A DNA stretch of 64,000 nucleotides from Mobula hypostoma (taxonomy: Eukaryota): NCBI RefSeq assembly GCF_963921235.1, contig NC_086107.1, forward strand, positions 94,056,001 through 94,120,000, in the 5' to 3' direction. Position 1 is the first letter of the stretch, and every line of letters starts with the position of its first letter. The notes under the pieces were generated by a model, which was given only the letters and a program-made list of their open reading frames with translations, did no database searches and was not told the origin of the DNA. Made by a program: the position numbers and the translations under genes. Of this stretch, positions 37,001 through 46,400 are shown one piece after another.

Positions 37001-40000
37001 GATGCATACTGCAGTGACTCCATGCTTAGTACTGTATTGGGGTGAAGAGGGCTTGTTTTGGATCCATTCTTCGTTGCCAAACAGATCAAAAACATGATTA
37101 AAATTGTTACCTTTACAGCAGAGGGCAAGTGCATGTCCACAGGCTCAGGTCTGCTATGATTGGCCGTTATTGGATGAGAATGGATTGGGATTGGCTGTCA
37201 ATGGGTGAGAATAGGTTGGGATTGGCCGTGGCTAAGCTTGATTGAATTGGGATTGGCCTTGCTTGGGTTAGATTGGATTGGGACTGGCCATGGTTGGGTT
37301 GGATTGAATTGGGATTGGTCCTGATTGGGTTGGATTGTATTGGGATTGGCCATGGTTGAGTTGGGACTGCTCATGGTATGGTTGGATTAGCTGTTATCAG
37401 GGTAGGGGTGGAATGGGTTAAATTGGGATTGGCTGATATTGGATCGGCTACAGATTGGTTAATGTCAGGACTGAGCTGGTTGCAGACTGGCCAAATTTGT
37501 TGTCAGACCTTAATTCTATTCCAAGTGGGCCTCTATCCCTTAATACTTCCATCAACATCAGGTTCGCAATTAACTGTTGACCATTCGTGGAAGAGAGTAC
37601 TTAACGTCTACCAACCTGGTTATAGTGGATACGTGGTTTCCATCTGCACTCCTGAAGGACTGGCTCTATTAATTAGAATTTTTTATTTATTTATCTATTC
37701 ATCAGTCTTTCTACCTACCTACCTATTATTTATTGAGATCTAGCGTGGAATAGGCCCTTCCAGCCTTTTGAGCCACACCCCGCCCCCAACAATCCCCCAT
37801 AATCGTAGCATAATCACAGGACAATTTACAGTTAACCTACCAACCGGTACGTCTTCAGAATATGGGAGGAAACCGGAGCACCTGGGGAAACCCATGTGAT
37901 CACAGAGAGAATGTACAAAACCCCTTGTAGGCAGTGGCAGGAAAAAGAACGCTGGTCACCTGTACTGTAAGGCATTGTGCTAACCATTATGTTACCATGC
38001 CGTAATTTCTAGTCCAGGCTCAATAACCAGTATAAATTGCTTCTCTCTGTCTATCTTGTCAGCTCTACTTCATATCCTGAGGGTTTCAAACAAATTTCAT
38101 GGATATGAGAAGTTTAAAGGGATATAAAAAATGATAGAAAAATGGAGGGCTATGTGGGAGGGAAGGTTTAGATTGATCCTAGAGTAAGTCAAAAGGTAGG
38201 GCAACATGGGCCAACGGGCCTACGCTGTTTTGTGATGTTCTACGTCCTACATCGCAAATGCAGGCCAGTGGGACTAGCTCAGGAAGGCAGCTGGTTGGCA
38301 TGGACAAGAAGTGTCGCAGGGTCCAACTGTATCCATGCTATATAACTCTCCGACAAATCATTCCTTATCCACCAGACCCCAGGGAATGCTACCCCCGGTT
38401 GTTAAACCTCTTGAAGTTTAAATTTGGGATCAAGGTATCATTTCTGGAAAAAAATGTGAACTACTCTGTCTGGAATCGAAGTATCCACAGCAAATGAAGT
38501 TTGCTTCAGCAGTACAGTGTAATACATTTAAAAAAACTATAAATTACAGTAGAAGTATATTCATTTAAAATAAGTCATGCAAAAAGAGAGCAAAAGTAAT
38601 GAGGTCATGTTCGTTAGTTGGTTCGTTGTCCATTCAGAAATCTGACCGGGGAGGGGGAGAAGTCGATCCTAAAACGTTGAGTGTGTGGCTTCAGGCTCCT
38701 GTAGCTCCTCCCTGATGGTAGTGATGAGAAGAGGGCATGTCCTGGGTGGTGGGGGTCCTTAAGTACGGTTGCAAAAGTTAGATTTATTCATCACACACAA
38801 TACTGTGCAAACGTCTTAGGGTGCCTAAGACTTTTGCACAGTACTGTAGTAAATTTATGTATTGCTCTGTACTGCTGCCACAAAAAACAAAATTTCATGG
38901 CATATGTGAGTGATGATAAACCTGATTCTGATTTGGGTCTCTGTCGTGGACTGAGAGTGGAAAGGGGGCAGGGAGAGGGGAATTATGATTGGGAAAAGAG
39001 GGAAGGGAGAGGGGAGGGAGTGGGAAGCACCAGAAAGACATTCTGTAATGATCAATAAACCAATTGTTCAGAATCAAATAACCTTGCCTGATGTCTCTGG
39101 GCTGGGTTTGTCTGCACTTGTGCCACACCCCGCCCCGGCACTCCTTCTCTGCCACCTGTCCCACACCCCTCCCGTGATGCTCCACCCTCACCACTCCCAG
39201 TATCCTTTGCTCCCGCCAGATTTACAAGCACGCTGTCTACTCCACATTGACAAATACAGTACCGTGCAAAGGTCTTAGTCACATAAGCTAGGTTGCTTAA
39301 GACTCTTCTACAGTACTGTACATATCGAAACACAGATTGAAATGTGTCTAGCCATAGCTTGGTGAGAGTGATTGAGAAAGACTTGGAAGGTGCTATGAAG
39401 CCTTTAGATTGAGTATCTAATCTTTCCTTCTATATTTCACATCCAGGTTAGGATTTGTTTACACATCCCGAGCTAACCTTGCAAAGTAAGGACACCTCAG
39501 AGAATGTTGAAATGTTGCCCACTCTGGCAGGGCTGGTACCACATCCTGGACACACCAGGGAGGGACGGTAGATCTCCTCCACTGAAGATCATGGGAAAAT
39601 GGGATGGGGTTTTAACAAGGAAACCTACTTGGTGTTGAGGTCACTGTTTTTGATGACAGTTTTGTTCGAGATAAAAAAAAGTTAAATACATCAGCCATTG
39701 TGGGGCGTTAACTCGGGTCACTGGATTGTTTGGGCAAGCTCGGAGTCACTCACCCAGCAACTTATCATCTGCTCTGCCACCACACCACGACCTGAGCAAC
39801 TTCCTCAAAGCTCCAGTGACCCAGCTTCAAACCTAACCTTAGATGCTGTCTGTGTGGAGTTTGCATGCTCTCGCCAAAACTCCATGTGCTTCCTTGGGCT
39901 ACACACATTTCCTTCCATGGACTGTGCGTAGGTATAATGTGGGGAGAGGTGATGAGAACAGGCCGATGGGGGGGTGGAAGTGAATGAAACAGGATTAGTG

Positions 40001-42754
40001 TTGATAGGAGTAGGTGAATGGAGTAGGTTAGGGTTAGGGTTAGGGTTAGGGTTCACCTACTCCTATCAACACTAATCCTGTTTCATTCACTTCCACCCCC
40101 CCATCGGCCTGTTCTCATCACCTCTCCCCACATTATACCTACGCACAGTCCATGGAAGGAAATGTGTGTAGCCCAGGGAAGCACATGGAGTTTTGGCGAG
40201 AGCATGCAAACTCCACACAGATACTCACTCAATGGGTCGAAGGGCCTGATTCCCAGCTGTATAATTTTATAAAACCACTCCAATGTGCATGAGGTGACAG
40301 AGATTCTTCAGAAACCCGTCCAGTGTGAAGTATTACACGTCACGTCACACCTAAACACGTAATTTTCCTAACTCCCGTCAGTCTGACATTCCCTGGCCTG
40401 GAATATCCAACAAGAGATCAAGGAATTCTTTGTGCACAATACTCAGAACAGGACCACCAAGAGATTCTGCAGATGCTGAGAGCAAGAAACACAAGATGCT
40501 GGAGGAACTCAGTGAGTCAGGCAGCATCTATGGAGAGGAATAAGCTGTCAATGTTCTGGGCTGAGACCCTTCCTCAGGACTGGAAAGGAAGGAGGAAGAC
40601 ACCAGAATACAATGGTGGGGGGAAGGGAAGGAATATCAGCTGGCAGGTGAAAGGTGAGACCAGGTGAGGGGAAGGTGGGTGGGTGGGGGAAGGGGGTATG
40701 AAGTAAGAAGCTGGGGGGTGATAAGTAGAAAAGGCAAAGGGCTAAAGAAGAGATCTGATAGGAATGTGAACCCCGGGAGAAGGGGAAGGAGGAGGGGCAC
40801 AGAGGGAGGTTGAAGGGGTGAACAGGGAGCCAGACTGCAGATTGATGAAAGAAAGAGCTGGGGGAGAAATTACTGGAAGTTAAAGAAATCGATGTTCGTG
40901 CTATCAGGTTGCGACCCAGATGGAATACGAGGTTCTGCTCCTCCTTGCTGAGTGTGGCCTCATCGTGGTAGTAGAGGAGCCCCCCGACTGACATGTCGGA
41001 ATGGGAATGAGGAGTAGAATTAAGATGGTTGGCCTCCGGGAAGTCCTGCCTATTGCAGACACTGCAAAGAAGCTTGACAATACTTCCTCCATTCCACATC
41101 AAATATCAGAGAGTAGGGGGGACAGCACCAGGAGCACCGGATAGAGCAGGTGACCCCGGCGGTATATTGCCACTGTGTTAATAACAGCAGCACTCTCACT
41201 GGGTGTACCATGAAGTCCCCTGATGAGGGCTTTGCCAGTGTCCTAGGCCGCGGACCGGTACCAGGCCGCGAGGGAACGATATGAGTCAGCTGCACCTTTC
41301 CTCATTCCCTGTCACGCACTGTTGAACTTGAATATAAGGTTGCCAACTGTCCCGTATTAGCCGGAACATCCCGTATATTGGGCTCAATTGGTCTGTCCCA
41401 TACGGGACCGCCCTTGTCCCGTATTTCCCCCGCTAAGGTAGAGCGTTCCTATGAAACCTTTCGTGCCCAAATGGCGTGAAGCGAAGAAGCAATTACCATT
41501 AATTTATATGGGAAAAATTTTTGAGCGTTCCCAGACCCAAAAAATAACCTACCAAATCATACCAAATAACACATAAAACCGAAAATAAATAACACTAACA
41601 TATAGTGAAAGCCGCAATGATATGATAAATACACAGCCTATATAAAGTAGAAATAATGTATGTACAGTCTAGTCAGGAAGATGAAGGCAAAATCGATTTG
41701 TTGGGGGAAAATATCGGCACGTACGCGCATGTGCACATTACATGCGCACGTACACCCACGCGCACACAGGTGCCCACGCAAGGCTTCATGGTCATGTAGT
41801 CTTTCTTGGGGTAAACACAAGTGTCCCGGGATTTGACTGCTACTTTTGTCCCTTATTTGGGAGTGAGAAAGTTGGCAACCCTAACTGTAAAAGACATGTT
41901 GAGGTGAGTTTAACCCTACTTGGACATCACCCTGCCACCCCCTGGTTGGCCAGTCCGCAAGAATATTGTCAATATTAAACCGGTCCACGGTGCAAAAAAG
42001 GTTGGGGACCCCTGTCCTAGGTTGCTACACTGCTAACTACTGAGGGAGGTGCACCACTAACAGAAAGGGCATCTGTATCCCTACAGTAGTCTTAATGGAT
42101 AACGGAATGCCAATACAGCACCAGCGGCCCAAGATCAATTCCCACAGCCGTCTGTAAGGAGTTTGTATGCTTTCCCTGTGACCGTGTCGGTTTCCTCCGG
42201 GTGCTCCTGTTACCTCCCACATTCCAAAGGCGTTAGTAAGTTGCAGGCATGCTATTTTGATGCGAAACTTGCAGGCTGCCCCCAGAACAACCTCAGACTG
42301 TGTTGGTTGTTGACAATACATTTCATCATATGTTTTGATGTTCCAAGGTTCATGTAACAAACAGGCTAATCTTTTCACCTTTAGAAATAAAGATAAACTT
42401 AGACATATAAATAGAACAACGCGACCAACGGCAACGACCATCTAACAATTCACGAAACTACCTCTTTTATTTCTTTCAAGTATGTTTCTACTAGGATTGG
42501 AACCTGTGATTTACATTTTGATGGGCCGATTGAACAATGTGACACTCTGCTGCCCCTGAGGGAGTTCGGTGAGGTTTGGAGTGGATTGCAAGGCACCAAG
42601 GACCCTGGAGACGAGGTGCGAGCCGGTCATCAACTCCACTTCTCGCCGATCACACGGATTAAAGTTTCAAGCAAGATTGAAATCAACAAAGAAAGGCGAG
42701 TAGGCATTCAGTGCCTTTGTGTGTGTGTGTCTGTCTGTCTGTCTGTCTCTCTCC

Positions 42755-42789
<35 letters not shown>

Positions 42790-43107
42790 AAAAATTTAAA
42801 GGCATCCATTAGTCTTACGAGACCATGGATCTGCGCCTGGAAAATCTTCACTCTCCAGGGCGCAGGCCTGGGCAAGGTTGTATGGAAGACCGGTAGTTGC
42901 CCATGCTGCAAGTCTCCCCTCTCCACGCCACTGATGTTGTCCAAGGGAAGGGCATTAGGACCCATACAGCTTGGCACCGGTGTCGTCGCAGAGCAATGTG
43001 TGGTTAAGTGCCTTGCTCAAGGAAACAACACACTGCCTCGGCTGGGGCTCGAACTCACGACCTTCAGGTCACGAGTCCAATGCCTTAACCACTTGGCCAC
43101 GTGCCCC

Positions 43108-43170
<63 letters not shown>

Positions 43171-43451
43171 GTATATGGTGGTGGCAACCCCGTCATCCGT
43201 TAGTCTCGCGAGACCATGGATCTGCGCCTGGAAAGTCTTGCTTCAGTCTGTGTTGGTAGAGCAGCGTCTGTTGTGGCTGTAGAGGCCCACACGGGAGTGA
43301 CAGTCTCGGCTGCAGCGACTGCACTTGAAGGCGCTGTCCTCCATTGTTGTCTTGGTGCTGTTTTTCCGACGAGTGCGCTTTTCTTCAGCAGCAAGTCTCA
43401 GCTTCTCTTCTCCTCTTTTTAGACCTCTGCGTAGTTCCAGTCTCCAGTGTA

Positions 43452-43485
<34 letters not shown>

Positions 43486-46400
43486 TCAGTGCTGCCAGAG
43501 TCTTAGGTTTTGGGCAAGGTTTATGGACCGGACTCATTTTTCGAGGACTCCACATCTCCTGTTATATGTGTTTCTGGTTACTCTCCTTTTTATTGCTACC
43601 CTGCACCATTTTGATCGGGCTGGGCTGGCTCTGTGGCTCTGTGGCTCTGCACAGGCTCTGCTTCAAGGACTCAGTGGTTTGAGGGTAGAGGCAAGCAGAG
43701 GAGGATGGGAGAGAGGCAGAGGAGGAGACAGAAGGGGAGAGAAAAAGAGAGGCAGAGGCGAAAAGGGAAAGACTGGGCAGCAGGGAGGTGGGCACAGAAA
43801 CAGAGACCGAGAGAAAGCGGTCGGCAGAAAGATGAGCAAAGAGAAGCAGAAAGTTTACTTGCACAGGGAGAGACAAGAAAAGCCACCCTTGAGACTGTCA
43901 GAGGAACGTGGAGAGGGGCAGCCAAAAACTGTGACCTGTGTCTAAGGTCACGGCAAGGCAGGTGTAGAGGGAGAGGAGCTGTGTGCTTGAACTGTCCATG
44001 TAACGGAGAAAGGCATAACAGATGGGAATTTAGATGTTGAACATGCTATTCATGGTGCAGAGTTTTGTCCTGAATCTTGTTCGTTGGTCTATTTGCCAAG
44101 GACCGAGCAGATTGTGGTCACCACTGCTGGTCTGCTGGATGAAGTACACCAGGTAGTCTGGCAGGTATGGTATCTGTGGTCACTCCTTTTAGGGAAAAGC
44201 AGAGTCTGCTTGCACTCCCCTCTCCCCACCACCCCCCCCCCACGCCACCCCCCCGTTGGACTCAAGCCTGCTCAATAAGATGAAATGAGACCCTGCCGAA
44301 ATCTGCAACCACCCCTCAGCCAGGAAACCTAACACGCCAGCACACGGGTTTCGAAATAGTTGGGAGGCTGTTTTAAGACACCTTCCACACCAGGCGTTAT
44401 TTTCAGCCAGCTCCTTCTGATATCTTGCTGCCCGTGTTAACCCCTTGGTGGGGAGGCTGGGGGAGAGGGGAGCAGGGTTTTGGATCCCCGGACTAAAATT
44501 GGAGAACCGAGGCATTTCCTTCCGACACAGGGCTGATCGGTTTTCTCTGGTACTTGACGCACAGGGCTGGGTCATAAAGTCACAGACCATTCGGCCCATC
44601 TAGATTGTGCTGAACTATTAATGTGCCCAGGCTAGGGTTAATAAAAAAGGGGGCAACCTGCTGAACTATGCATTAGAAATAAGTGCATTTTCCCTCCCCC
44701 TCCCTCTTCTATTCTCTGGCCTCTTACCTCTTCTCAACTGCCTGTCACCTCCTCCTTCCCTTTCTCTTGTGGTCCACTTTCCTCTCCTATCAGATTCTTT
44801 CCTCTCCAGCCCTTTACTCTTCCAACTCACCTGGCTTCACCTGTCACCTTCCCGCTATCCTCCTTCCTCCCACCCACCCCCCACCTTTTTATTCTGTCGT
44901 CTTCCTTCTTCCTTTCCCTGTCCTGGAGAAGGGTCTCGGGCCAAAACATCAACTGTTTATGCAGTTCCATAGATGCTGCCTGGCCTGCTGAGCTCCTCCA
45001 GCATTTTGTGTGTGTGCTGCTGACTCTCCACCCTATCTGGGTCTCCCGTCATCTTAACAGGAGAACCTCCATCAGGTCTCCTGTCAGCCCAACACTCCAG
45101 GGAAGACAACCCAAGTTTGTCCAACCGCTCCTTACAGCACATGCTCTCTAGACTAGGCAGCATCCTAGTGAATCCCTTCTGCACAGCCGCCCCCCCCGTC
45201 CCATCCTTCCTGTAACGGGCGACCAGAACTACGTGTAACTACTGAAACACAGAAAAACACAGCAGCCAATTTGTACATGGTGAAGTATGAGCACACACTG
45301 GGCCAGTGATACTGTGAATACTGGCAAGGATCCCAAGGTTACCCTGTTCACCTACGTAGTGTCATGGGATCAGTATGTGGGACTGAGAAAGCTATTAGGA
45401 GGATTGAAAGGTCACGCCATAAATGGTAAAAGTTCAACAAGAAGTGGGAAGATGAAATAACTTTTTATAGCCAGTCGCTAAGATGTGGCATGTTGCATTC
45501 CACGTGGCTGGTGAAATGATATTGGGCATATACTGTATGTGACCAAAAATTTCCCTTCTACAGTAAGAGGCAAACTCAAAGACATCCAGGTCCGTGGTTG
45601 GGATAACCACAGCAAAGGCCAAAGATAAGCCTGAGAGCAAGGTGCGTCATGACGACCGCAAAAAGGCACCAACCCACATCTAAATTCAAAGTAATTTTGT
45701 TATCAGCCCATGTATATGTCACCATATACCACCCTGGGGTTCATTCAGGACATTCACAGTAGAACAGAGAACTACAATAGAATTAGTGAAAAACACTGAT
45801 AAACAACCAAAGTGCAAAAGAAATCAGATAGTGCAAATAGAAAAAAAATGTACATAAATAGATAGATAGATAGGTTGCTAGGTAGGTAGGTGGATAGATT
45901 GATTGATAAGTGGTGGAAGGGTAGATAGGTAGGTATATAGGTAGGTAGGGAGACAGACAGATAGATACTGTATACAGATAAGGACAGATGGGCAGATTGA
46001 TACTACTGAGAACAGAGTCCTTGAAAGTGAGTCCATAGACTGTGGGCATCCTCGGCTCCAGAAACTCCCTGGTGATGTCACTCATTGGCACGAGTTTCCT
46101 AGCGAGCTTGCAAAACCTTTCCCGCTGCATTGTTAACACGGTTGAGTTGAAACATACCTCGGAGGGGAACAGGGAGGTCATATTAGGGAACCGTCTGGTG
46201 GTGGGGGATTCAGAATTCCAGTTTCTGTATCACACACATACATCGAAACACACAGTAAGATGTGTCACTTGCATTAACAACCAACACGCCCACGCTACGC
46301 TGCTGGGGGCAGCCCGCAGTTGTCGCCACGCCTTCCGGGGCTCATGTGGCAAGAAGTCCTGTGACCTACAAAGAGGGTCGACTGGGTCTCAGTTATTCAT

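Noticed and set aside
43325..44040. Overlapping 100-200 aa ORFs in intron 1
   Set aside because: Built from RTE remnant, microsatellite and GA-rich sequence; no recognisable domain or splice pattern.
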